Part shown: piece by piece, positions 1-12,031 of the stretch | Numbering within the stretch: the first letter of the stretch is position 1 | Layout: every line of letters begins with the position of its first letter | NCBI GenBank assembly: GCA_000320545.1 | Contig: ADNK01000266.1 | Span: forward strand, 62,001 to 126,000 | Length of the DNA: 64,000 nucleotides | DNA from: Bigelowiella natans CCMP2755 | Taxonomy: Eukaryota; Protista; Cercozoa | Reading direction: 5' to 3' | The notes under the pieces: generated by a model | Seen by the model: the letters and a program-made list of their open reading frames with translations, nothing else | What the model was told of the DNA's origin: nothing | The model's database searches: none | Position numbers and translations under genes: made by a program

Positions 1-13
1 ATCTGCCTGAATA

Positions 14-162
14 CGGCCCATGTTTTTGTAATGAAAGAGCGGAGAAAGTGGCACCCCGATTCTGCTTGTGCATGGTTTTGGAGCTCACGCATATCACTGG
101 CGGTACTATCAATTAGTCGCAGTAGTAGGAATAGGAGCAGTAGTAGTGATGATGATGATAAT

Positions 163-200
<38 letters not shown>

Positions 201-697
201 TGTGTACCTGGGTGTGTTTTGGCAATTGTTATGAGTTTTATGTGGTTGTGATTGTACTTCGTGTCTACGATTCTGAAGATACCAAATCCCAGAGCTCAGC
301 AAGAAGCACAGGTCTCTCCGCTACTCATCGACGATGTGTATATATCCTACGAATCATCCATATTTGTTGCAAGATCGTTCCTTTTGTCATCTCCTACCCA
401 TCTGATTGTTCTTTTCAGTCATTCTTCGTCGTCCCCTTAAATCTTACTGTACGTGATATTGGTATAGAGTGTATTCGCTGTGCCTGCTTGGATATGGCTG
501 GTCGGATAAGTCGCCACATGCTCCATACTCTGCTGAATTCTGGGCATCTCAGGTTATGTGAATATTGATCGTTTGTAGTAGCTTGTGGTGGGGTCCGAAC
601 TGGGTTATCAGTCATCAGCATTATGATCGTTAACATCATTATCAGCAGCATTATCATCACCACCATCATCATCATCTCACCATCATCATCATCTCAC

Positions 698-734
<37 letters not shown>

Positions 735-2487
735 GCAATCTCATCAAAATGACTACTGGCCTTCTTCAAACTGTATGCACGTAGTCCCCCTGTAATATAA
801 TATACTGTTTCCTTCTCTAATAGGTGGCAGATTTCGTAAAAGATGTGATCCAAGAGAAGACTGTTTTAGTAGGGAATTCGATCGGTGAGAAGGAGTGGGG
901 TTAGGGTTGGTTGGAAGAAAAGAGACAGAACAGGGTCGTACTAACGTGATTGGTACCAAATGAATACATAGTTGTCAGGATGGTTGATGACTGATAGAAA
1001 TTACGTATGCAACTCACCATCATCATTATCATTATCGTTGTGATTATTGCCAGGTGCTGTTACGAGTCTAGCCACCGCATCAATTTACCCCGGTCTTGTA
1101 AATACTAAGCAAGATTATCATCATCATCATCATCATCATCATCATTGTTATCGTCATCGTTGTTAGCATCTCATTATTCTCTGATTTTATCGTTTGACAG
1201 ATTTGGTTCAAGGTCTGGTCATGGTAAACGCAGCGGGAAGATTCGGTGATATGGGTGAGAAAAGCAATATTTGATGATTATGATATTCATGATGCAATAC
1301 TGCCAATTCTTGTTTGTTGTGACATTTTATATATGTACATATGTATACGACGTATAAATATGTATGTACTTTTTCCCTAACGAAGAATAAACAATATCAA
1401 AATATTTGGAACACGAATCGTCGCTTAAAGATGAATACTTCTTCCTCTTCTTCTTTCTTCTTCTTCTCTCGTTGTTGTGTTGTTGGGCCGTCATTTTTGT
1501 TGTCATATCCCTGGTAAGATGCTGATGTGACAGGAGAGCAAAAGCCTGCATCACCATCTTCTTCTTCCTCCCCTTCCATGACTACTACCGAGGAGAAAGA
1601 AGGTACTGTTTATCGCCAGGAATGGTTGTGGGGGTAGACAGGGAGGGGTGGGGGGTGTGAGAGAGAGAGATATATATTTATAGATGAGAGAGGTGGAAAT
1701 TGTTGTTGTTGCATATTAGACCAGGAGATTATTAGAGGGTTTGTATTGAGTTTCTGATCACCATATCTTTGTTTTGTGGGTGCTTCTCTTCTTCCTCCAT
1801 CAGGCAGTGGGGGGGTACTCGAATCAATCCAGGAGACATTCAAAGATATAATCGCAGCTGGAATCTTCTATTCAACAAGGTGTCGTATAGGCTCGCTCAG
1901 CAAAACAAGCAGTAAAAGAGATGTATTTACACTGCATGAGATAGCCCCCCCCCCGAACTCCTCCGTATCCTCTTCGTTATTATGTCTTTCCTCCTTTATT
2001 TTTTTAGATAATAGATGCAGTATTACTACTATCACCATTGTCGTTGGTTGGCATGACTGTCGTCGTGTAAACAACATAATGATAATAATATATAATAGGT
2101 TTCGTATTCCGCTTATCCTGAAGAATGGTAATATAGTTCCTTTTGACCATCATGGAGACCATCATGACCTTCTTCCTATTGTTATCATTGTGCGGACGGA
2201 GGATGATGATGACGATGATGTGTTGATATTGATGTTTGGCGCTGGCAGTCTATCTTGATCCAGAGCAGGTGGACGATGATCTCGTGAAATCGGTAAGAAC
2301 AGCGCAAATAATGATGCAACAACAACAACAGCAATAAGAACAAAATAACGAAGAACGTGTATAAATAGAGGAGGGGTGATTTCACCACACCGTAAGATGT
2401 CTTTGAGGAGGCGCAGAGATGATAACACAACATGGTTACACAAATGCCACTCCTCCTAATACTTATGTGTCATGCATTCATTTTACG

Positions 2488-2526
<39 letters not shown>

Positions 2527-3261
2527 AGATAACAACGCCGGCGTTAGACCCAAATGCCCTCGGTACTTTTCAGAGTCTTTACCGGTAATAAAAGTACTTC
2601 TGCTTTACCAGCAGCTGCTTGATCGTCAGCATGATGATCCGAGGATGTGTGCAAGGCTCCTCCTTTCGTCTTGTTTTCCTTTCCCTCTCCACAGATTCTC
2701 ATCAGCGGAGAGAAATTATGACCTTCGTCGCTTTGCTACTCTCCCTGCTGAGGATCTGAGTAGTACTTCAGAGGATGATGTTCTCATGCCTTTATCCTGG
2801 CCAAAATGCTACGCTAGCAGCCCTGATTATGCTGTATAGCATTTCGAGCATCGTTGCCGTTGTATCTTGGATGTTTTCTCGCTTGCAGCAATCTCTTATC
2901 GATTGATGTAGCGTGGCATCATCAAACAAATATAATACTCAGGGCACCTTTTCGAGGAAAGCTCACAGTGAACGATATGATGGCATCTCTACCACAGGTA
3001 GTACTGCTGCTGCTGCTGCTGCTACTTCCATATCGCACCTATAAATAGTTGATTAATGGATCAGTAAGAATCGTCCAGAATTTATGATGATTGTGATGAT
3101 GATGATGATGATGATGATGAGGAGGAGGAGGAGGAGGAGCAGGGGGGTGGAGAATGGTCCTCCTTTGAGCGTTATATAGCAATAGGGATCTGGCTTTTTT
3201 GAGAGTTGCATCTTCAACCCGACATTGCGAAAAGAATAAGAAGAAGACGATGATGAATTAC

Positions 3262-3294
<33 letters not shown>

Positions 3295-3400
3295 AATGAT
3301 GTACACGTAGGATATGAAGGTGCTTCTATTGTGGGGTCAGCAAGACCCATGGATGCAACCGGAGAAGGTGAAAAAGTCTATTTTACAACGTTTTCATTTT
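14..3400 (-). CDS. Multi-exon gene of unknown function (boundaries approximate; may run off the left edge)
   Basis: Complex, exon-like blocks alternate with (CAT)n/(GT)n/(CA)n intron-like tracts, with minus-strand GT..AG borders. One block reads KKPDPYCYITLKGG (about 3167-3193), weakly like the C2-domain 'DPY' strand. No full model could be built by eye. Confidence 0.35.
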
Positions 3401-4519
3401 ATTGTTTTTCATTGCATAAGAAGGGACATATAACAACTATTCAAAACACTCTAAATCCTAAGAGTCTCCAAAATGCAACTTACACCTAATAGCTATTTTG
3501 CTGTTCTCGTAGGCCCACCAAATAATGCGTATTTGCGATAAGCGTGGGCTGGAGTGCGACTACGTCCCGCTAGCAGCTGGCCACTGCCCTCAGGTACCAT
3601 ATATGAGAAGAATGATACACTAAAACAAATACCGCATTTACCGCATTTGAAGTTCCATGTGATGATGCATTGGTGACCTTTTTAACAGCCGAACTCCGGA
3701 TTTGTGCGTCTATTTTGTGTGTCGCCATCATCTTTAATTATTTTCTCTCAATGCATACAGGATGACAATCCCGAGGATCTAAACGAGAGTTTGATGCGCT
3801 GGGTTGATGTTAATTTCTCTGAGGTTGCGATTTAGCTGAGGTGACCTGCATTTATCCATGCCGATCGGCAACACTAGCTACCTAGCTCCTTCGACGATCT
3901 GAGGCCACTGATGGTTCTAGTGGTGCTTCTCGATGTACAGACAATATACAAACTTTCCTTTCATGTAAACAAGCATGTAAATTTGTCACGCACAATGAAA
4001 CACAAAATGCAATTGCACCAATGCTCGTAAGTAAGCGATGCCAAGATGCAATGATGTGTGCATAGCCGTTGCGGCACGATGCTACGGCACATGCATGTAC
4101 GCCTTGTGCCATGTGTTTGACGCTGATCGCTAGTCGCACGTGGGTGGGGTATCAACGTCAGCAAATGTATTGCATCTATGTGTGCAGCTACATTGTCTCG
4201 GCAGATCGAACGCAACATGATGGATCCTTGCACGTCAAATCATCAACGTTCCGCGTATTTTTGAGCTGACAAACGTGTTCCAAATTGCTATTATTTTAGT
4301 GCATTTTTAAGCAAGCGTGTGCATATCGCTTCGCATTGTACGCTCCATTGATGCGCTTGCGTGGTGCCTTGATCGCTTACGTTTGTAATTCATGCGTGCA
4401 TCATCAAATCAGTACCAAAAAGGTTTTCATGTGATAAAGTTAAATTCAATGGTCGTAGGTTGACCTTGCATCATTTCAATTTCAATTCATAATCCAAGCC
4501 GTTTCATTTAGTGATCATT

Positions 4520-5890
4520 TTAAGACATGTATTCAGCGATATTGGCAGGCATTTCCTCGATTTTGGTGTTATAGAAACGTTCCAGCTCTCTTAGGGTGCT
4601 CGCATCGCGATTGGTGACTAAGTTTATCGTAACACCGTTGCGACCGAATCTTCCTGCTCGACCAATTCGATGGATGTAGTTCTCTTTGTTTCCAGGAAGA
4701 TCAAAATTGACCACTAGACTTAGATTCTGAAAGTCAATCCCTCGGGCTAGAATATCCGTAGAAATCAACACTCGAGATTTTCCATTTCGAAAGGCTGTTA
4801 CAACATCCCTCCTCTCTTGGTCTTTGAGGTCAGAATGGATTGCGCTCACGACGTGATCTCGCCGGGTCAGCTCGTCCTCTAGCCACTGTACCGTTCGCCT
4901 GGTGTTGGCAAAGATGATGCTTTGATTGATACTGAGCGTGTCGAACAAGTCGACCAATGTCGGAAGCTTCCAGTCACTCTGATCCAAAGCTATGTAGAAT
5001 TGCTTTAAGCCATCCAAAGTGAGGCTTGTCTCCTTGACCAAGATCTCGACGGAGTCACTCATAAACTTCTGGGTGAGCTCGAGAACTTCCTCAGGCATCG
5101 TCGCCGACACAAGGACAACTTGAACGTCCTTCCTGAGAGACTCGAATATATCGTAAATCTGTTCCCTAAAGCCATGTGAAAGCATCTCGTCTGCCTCATC
5201 GATGACGATCATCTTCACGTCGTCTGTTCGTAGGACTCCTTCGCGTATCAAGTGGAAGATTCTCCCTGGGGTACCAATCGCTATTTGGACGCCCTTGCGG
5301 AATGCATCCTTATCGTCGAAGAACCTGTTCCCTCCAACACAAAGATGAGTCGTAATCTTCGTGTAATCTCCAAGGCACGTCGCCACCGTATGGCTCTGAC
5401 GTGCTAGCTCTCTCACAGGCGAGACGATGATAGTTTGCGTCTCGCGGATCTTTGTATCTATCTTCTCCAAGGCGGCGATGACAAACGCCCCTGTTTTACC
5501 TGTACCAGCCTGTGCCTGTGCTATGACATTGCGCCCAGCGATAATAGGCATTATGGCTCGCTGCTGAATCGGCGACGGCTCCTCGAAACCATAGGAATAT
5601 ATCCCTCTCAGGACGTTCGTCTTAAGCCCCATCTTGTCAAAGGACTCTACCGGTCCAAATTTGTTACTTTTTTTACCATCTTCAGTATTGCCATCGTTGC
5701 TATCTTTGGATTCTGTTTTAGCATTTTCCCGTCCCTTGCGAGTTGCATCATCGTCGTCGTGCCACCGGTCATGGTTCTCACTGGAAGTGTTGCTTCTGCT
5801 GCTCTTTCCACTGAGCGAAGGCTCCCTCGTCTGGTCGCCATTCTGCTCAGTTTTCGTCATAGTGGTTGTTGTATTGGTAATTGTCGACAT
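4520..5890 (-). CDS. eIF4A: DEAD-box RNA helicase, eIF4A family, intronless and divergent, with an acidic/Ser-rich N-terminal extension of about 75 aa
   Basis: 456-aa ORF with Q motif [60 protein letters not shown] and an eIF4A-like end [10 protein letters not shown]. Confidence 0.9.
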   Translation of the reverse strand: MSTITNTTTTMTKTEQNGDQTREPSLSGKSSRSNTSSENHDRWHDDDDATRKGRENAKTESKDSNDGNTEDGKKSNKFGPVESFDKMGLKTNVLRGIYSYGFEEPSPIQQRAIMPIIAGRNVIAQAQAGTGKTGAFVIAALEKIDTKIRETQTIIVSPVRELARQSHTVATCLGDYTKITTHLCVGGNRFFDDKDAFRKGVQIAIGTPGRIFHLIREGVLRTDDVKMIVIDEADEMLSHGFREQIYDIFESLRKDVQVVLVSATMPEEVLELTQKFMSDSVEILVKETSLTLDGLKQFYIALDQSDWKLPTLVDLFDTLSINQSIIFANTRRTVQWLEDELTRRDHVVSAIHSDLKDQERRDVVTAFRNGKSRVLISTDILARGIDFQNLSLVVNFDLPGNKENYIHRIGRAGRFGRNGVTINLVTNRDASTLRELERFYNTKIEEMPANIAEYMS

Positions 5891-6476
5891 TGTTGTTCTT
5901 CTTGAGTTCTGAGGCCCAGATCAAATAAGTAATATGACTCTCGTATCCTTGACATATTATTCTTCTGTGCCTTCTGGGACCCGCGCCCGCCGTTGCGGAA
6001 CCCGCAGAATGAAGAAAGTAGATGCGAATTTTGATGTGCGACAAAAACATAAGCTCAAAACTATCTAAAACTACCGTCGCCCAATTTGCGTCTAGCCATT
6101 CAGCACCGACTGCCTTTCTCGAGCACTGCCGAGCCGAAGTTTGGAAATTTCGGGTGAACTTCAGTTGGAAACGGAATCGAATTCAAGTGTGCGGCAGCGC
6201 TTGATTGCAAAAATTTCCTAGTCATCATTAAAATGCACATGAAAGAACCTTTTTTTTACCGAGAAAAAATAACAAATTGTAAACCTCCTCCACATCCTGT
6301 ATGATTTTAAACCCAACACCTAAAATGACCAAAAATATTTTTTAAAAAACGAATTGGCAGTGGCGGTCATGTCGCAGGATCCAAATTGACATGTTGTTCT
6401 AAACGTGGAGTATCGTAGTGAGATAACAGTAACGACTGGCACAACAATAACAATTGAAACAGGATGGAAAGAAAGA

Positions 6477-7004
6477 ATGAATGAATATGGTGATGGAAAA
6501 GGAAAAACAATGTCCATGAAGATTTATGTCCAGACTCTGAACAGTGGGAAGATCACTTTGGACCTCGATTCTTCGGATACCCACATCACCAGCGTGAAAC
6601 AGAAGATCCAGGACAAGGAAGGAATTCATCCTGATCAGCAGCGCCTCACCTATGCCGGAAAGCAGCTTGAAAATGGTCGCACGCTAGAAGACTACAACAT
6701 TCAGAAGGAGTCGACCCTTCACCTGGTTCTCCCCCCCCTCAAAGGCAGCCATCATGAGATTTATGTGAAGACTCTGACTGGTAAGATGCTCACTTTGGGC
6801 GTCGAATCTACGGACACCATCACCACTGTGAAGCAGAAGATCCGTGACAAGGAAGGAATTCCTCCTGACTTGCAGCGCCTCATTTTTTCCGGAAAGGAGC
6901 TTGAAGATCATCACACATTAGCAAAGTGCAAAGTTGTGCACAATTCTCACACTTCAACCTTGCACCTCGTCTTGAAACTATCTGCTACTACTGGCAGCAA
7001 ATGA
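6477..7004 (+). CDS. Divergent tandem ubiquitin-like protein (2 Ub domains, no C-terminal LRGG); start at ATG 6477 or 6510
   Basis: Two repeats align by eye to ubiquitin: [56 protein letters not shown] and [41 protein letters not shown]. The ends are PPLKGS and KLSATTGSK. Confidence 0.9.
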   Translation: MNEYGDGKGKTMSMKIYVQTLNSGKITLDLDSSDTHITSVKQKIQDKEGIHPDQQRLTYAGKQLENGRTLEDYNIQKESTLHLVLPPLKGSHHEIYVKTLTGKMLTLGVESTDTITTVKQKIRDKEGIPPDLQRLIFSGKELEDHHTLAKCKVVHNSHTSTLHLVLKLSATTGSK

Positions 7005-7725
7005 TTTTAATGCCTAATGCTTTGTGTGCACTGCCTTGACGTCACAATTGCACCCATCACTAGATCATGAAACTAATGAATCTTGACTGATGACTGCAAT
7101 ACTGTTTCTGTTGTGCATGTGTGATTGCGCGTGATCGACCACCAGATAAGCAAGCGCTGCATCGTGGAACGTGGTCAGCTTATTAAGCGTGTGCTAGAAT
7201 TCACTGCGCACGTATACACGCCCAACCATCTGTGTCTAGTTATGATAGACATATTGTATGTCCTATTACTGTGTCTAGCTATCATGGTTGCATGTGCGGC
7301 TGCGCTATGTTGCATGCACATGTCCCGGCGGCATGTTACCGTTCGCGCAGCTACATGCGAGACGGATGTCATGAATCGCATGTGAATTCTAATTGTTGCT
7401 ATCACATTAAACATCACAACATTTTTAAGACTGTCATCCTAATTTAGTTATGCAAAGTCATGCATGCCACACACGCACGACAGCAGCACCACAACAAACA
7501 TTTTCACACGTTACTTCCGCTCTTATTAGCATCTTTCAATTGTGTTGATGCATCTGTGCGCGCGCACGTTGTGAGCATGCAGGTTTAAGTGAGAGCGTGA
7601 GTGCAAGTAAGCGCGAGTTGTAGCACGTCGAATCCCCGAGCTTTGTTTGATGTGTCCAATTAAGCACAATGGTCCACGTACAATGTGTTTAATACTGTTT
7701 CAAATACATTTTGCACTCTGATGTC

Positions 7726-8837
7726 CTAATAGTTTTCAGTGTCGGTCGCATCCATGTATTCCTTCACATTTCTTGCAAATTCGGCATAATCTATTATTTG
7801 TTCGCCGTTGTAGTCACTCGGTCTCTCGAACAGTTTCTGTATCGTCTGCGCATGTTTGTCATTCGCCTTCTGAAAAAATACAAAAGCAGCAATTTCAATT
7901 GAGGTACTATGTTGACATGACTTTGAGAATCATTTCGAAATTGTGCCCCAAAGTGCTTCTGGTTACTACCACAGGGTCAAAGAGAACTTCTTTAACTGCC
8001 ATCAGCTGTTCTTTCGTCTCTGGAATTCTCTTCACAGTTGCTGATCGCTCGGAATAGATTTCCCCCGCTCTCTGAAACGAAGTCTCTGTTTGTAAGAAGG
8101 AGAAAGTAAACGGTTGCTCGCAGTAGGCTACACTCGTGAAAGAAAAGCCTTCTTCTCTAGCTTTCCAGAGATACTATGCGCGTTAACTCACATTACCTGT
8201 GTCTAATCCACAGTACTGCCCTAAGAACGTTGTCGTAAGAGCACCCGTTCTCCCAATGCCAGATCCGCAATGAACGTACACCCTTCGACCACTGTCGAGA
8301 TGTCTTTTGATGCACTAATTAATGATGGTGATAAAGATAGGAAAAATGAGTTTTATTGTTTGGTCATGTGAGCGATTTTTACTGCTCATCATTTATTATT
8401 ATTGAAGTTTTATTTGAGATGGACAATACATTATCATACCAGACCTTGGCCCCTTCCACTATCTATCTAATTAGTTTCTATCTCTGCTGTTATTGCAACA
8501 ATTTGTACTATTCGAATCCTTGTGGTAGTAGTAGTAGTGGTGGTGGTGGTGGTGGTAGCAGTAGTATTAGTAGTAGTGACTGTAGAAACAACATCACCTT
8601 AGCAGCATTTTCCAACGTCTTTGCATCTGCATGGAAGTCATTCATCGCAAAGGAATGGTCGAAGGTAAGCTCGACCTTGGTCACGTTCTGAGCCTCTGTT
8701 TCATAGTCTAAATCCTGCGGTAGTCGTAGTAGTGGTAGTTTAGGAGGAGGAGTGCGCACATGCATTTCTTAGATCATTCACGAGGCGGCCCATACAATTC
8801 TTTGGCCAGAAAACTGAGCTCTTTCGTCATACTGCTA

Positions 8838-8889
<52 letters not shown>

Positions 8890-9250
8890 TAATTGTTATT
8901 ACCATCTGTTGGTACGACTTCCATTCGTCTTCGGCCATGAGATTTATGAAGACCCTGAGGAAGAGCCAAATGAGACGAAGGTGCGTTCTTAACGGGAAAA
9001 CTACTAAATTCCTGTGTACATTCTTGCGCACATCCTCAAGGAAATACAGGACAATCGTATAGTCTTGTTCATCAACATGATCGATTTTGGGTGTTACCGC
9101 ACTGCTAGCCTGGATGCGAGCTGTTGAGCAGCTTCTTTAGAGGGTAAACTGCCTGCGATCAGCCTACCTTCTACCACCCATGAGCAACCCTGATTTAAGT
9201 CATCGCGAGGAGATCATTGGTCTCGATTGATTTTAATAGTTACATAAAAT
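7726..9250 (-). CDS. Multi-exon protein tyrosine/dual-specificity phosphatase (CX5R) with a C-terminal EF-hand-like loop; 5' limit uncertain
   Basis: An exon at about 8200-8315 reads CIKRHLDSGRRVYVHCGSGIGRTGALTTTFLG. A downstream exon has RIPETKEQ (Q-loop-like). The last exon (7726-7869) reads ..SDYNGEQIIDYAEFARNVKEYMDATDTENY* with TAG at 7726-7728. Confidence 0.75.
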
Positions 9251-9559
9251 ATATATCTGGGAAATGAAAAGCGTAGCTGTTTTGGTATTGATAGACCTTC
9301 GGCAGATCTTGAGGCGCACAGCCTGCAGAGGTCTATTCATATGCACGAAAACATTCATGTAAGATTTTTCTTCATTACACAGGAAGATATGTATATCATT
9401 CGTATTTTTATAACGATTGGATACATAATTACATGTATTATTGTGTATGTATATGTGTGTGTGTGTGTGTGTGTTTACAACAAAAACTTCAGTGTTTTAA
9501 CTCATGGGTGCCCCTCATTGCTGCTGCTTACAATCTTGCACGAATATTAGACAGCAACA

Positions 9560-11570
9560 TTACACACCAGATAGTCTGCTGCTTCTCTCGAGTCTTCATA
9601 TTTCCTTGACGCTTCAACCGCATGCTGCTTTTCGTATCCGAGGCCTGCTCAATCCGACGAACGAAGAATAAATCTAGTTAGCAGCTCTCGATTTAAAATT
9701 AAAATATTAGATTTGTCTGTTGAATAGCTTATCATTTCTTTGTGATCTAATTTACCTGTGAGGGTTACCACACACATCCGCTGATTCACGTTGGGGGCAT
9801 TGCTGTACTTCCATTTTCCATCATAGAATTCCTTTGGATGAGGGGACCCAGGTTCCTCCTTTTCCGGTTCTTTCTTTCCTGAAGAATTAAAACTAATAAG
9901 GTTTACAGCTTCCCATTTTTGTGAAATGCGACCTTTCTTCTGTGCTATTTTTGCCTGCTTAACATCGAGCTTTATTGTTTGTGAAGAAGCCATCTCCAAA
10001 CTCGGCCACGCCTAATTCCTAACGAAGATAGACTTTTACGCTGCAATTGTTTACTTACATTGAAGCAAATTTTGAAAAGGTATCAGACAATAATCGACCC
10101 TTCGAGTCCCTCCCTCTCATGTGTTTGTGTGATGAACATTTTCAAGTTTCTTTCAGTTACTTTCCAGACTCCATTCGATTGGGCCAAGTGATTTGTTACT
10201 CAGCCCTATTTTTCATGTCGCCTACTATAATTTGACTGCATTTTCAATTAAAATTTCCATCTAGATCTACCAGTATTATTATATTTATTGGTTTAATTTC
10301 GATCGAATATTATCCAAAAATGGGATTCATCGCATCGTATCCTCCTCCTTCAGTACCTTTCCTGAGTAGTTAGTACACTTGATAGATTCGTGAATAGAGT
10401 AGTAGTTTATCCGATAAAATATATTCTAAAAATGCCTTCGCAGTCAATTTATCTCGCTGCATTACCGAACGTCGTCAACCCTTGCCTCCTCCTTGCCAAC
10501 CGAGCGAAGACGCTCATACAAACCGTGTATGGGCGTCCCTATCTTTTTTCTCTTACTATGTACAACGACACAGTTGGGATCATCCTTCGAATGCGGGAGT
10601 GCACGATCAAATCCGCAACAGCGTGTATGGCCTTTCTCAAATATACGCAGGGGTCTTCTTAGGTCGATTAAAACGCAATTTTGATGGTGTTTGGGACCCT
10701 GAACTGCCTTTCTGACAACTTTTTCGAAGGCTGAGAGCTGGTAACTTCGAAGAGTACGCAAAATGGGACAATATTGAGGACAGCGACGAGAAGGTATATC
10801 TCTCTGTATCACCGCAACATTTTCGAAATACTACCCTTCCCAGATACTTTCTCGAAGCAAAATTTCCACAGCGAAAGCTACTAAATCAGTCAGGCCAAAA
10901 GATAATGATATTATAATTCTGTTTCATCGCTGACGTTTTAGGAGGTTCAAAATACGCAAAAGGACATTGAATCTGCGCGAGCAAGAATCGACCTAGTGGA
11001 GCCATCAAGTCAGATTCGACATGTATTAATTCAGAAGAGTCTTCAACATAGATAACACTTTCAGAAACAGAGCTCCAGTCGCTGCAGGGGAACTGGACCA
11101 CAGAATTTCAGTAAAGATTTTGAATTAGGATAATTTTATCTGCTTTTGACTTTAAAAATAAATAAAGAGGGGATATTGAGCGACCCTACGTCATTGGCCG
11201 GCAGGTAAAGACACGCAATTTGACATACAAGCCTAATGCTATGATCTCATCGATATCCTGAAGATATTATGGTTAGGTCCTGTGGCAAAATACCCCAGGC
11301 AAGGAGGTGTCTGGAATTTACAAAGATCAACACTTTAACACTCTCTTTCTGAATGGGTGGATACTTGACCCAAAAAGATCGAATGACACGCACAAAGTGT
11401 GGCTTATAAAGGTACAAATTATATTTCGCGGTCTTTCACTCTTGATATATAAAACATTCGCCCCACAGGATACTGAGAATGAAGTTGATGAAACACTTAT
11501 ATGGACGAGGCCAAGATGAAAATCTTCGCGTTGATGACGAAATGGTCTTCGATTCATTTTGATGCGCATG
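9560..11570 (-). CDS. Further minus-strand exons, either the 5' part of the phosphatase gene or a separate unknown gene
   Basis: Open, non-repetitive blocks (ORFs 9649-9999, 10462-10812, 10886-11101) with plausible GT/AG borders. No family recognised. Confidence 0.35.
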
Positions 11571-12031
11571 GCGTGAAGAAGGTCAAGATCAGTATTAATT
11601 CAGTAAATGTACTTATCGTTGCGTGCAATGTGGTCGTGCGCGAAGCCTGATGCACCTTTATAGCTTGTATATGTACCTAGCTACATTTACTCATGGCGGC
11701 TGGCATAGCATTTATAGCTACAGGCTAAACTCGTAGTTCGATCATCGCATGTCCAAGTGCGCAACATCATGACTACGTATGCATAATAGAAGTTACGAAG
11801 CGCATTGTACTTAGCTATGTAGCTTACACATGCGATGCACACTACACTGCCACGCAGAGACGCACTAGCGCGCACACAACAGGCTGTAGTCACCGGAGAG
11901 TACGAACAACGATATCTATGCAGTATTACTAATTAATACTGTGTAGCAACAGCTGGTGGCCCTCGATATGGCGTGCACAGTTGCATTTTGGTCTAAGTTA
12001 TCTTGTTAGAATTAAATAAAACACAATAGTA

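Noticed and set aside
895-915. TTAGGG-containing stretch as an interstitial telomere
   Set aside because: A single hexamer, not a tandem array.
4520-7004. Giant-virus endogenisation as the source of eIF4A plus ubiquitin
   Set aside because: No viral hallmark genes nearby and no compositional break. It cannot be supported without phylogeny.
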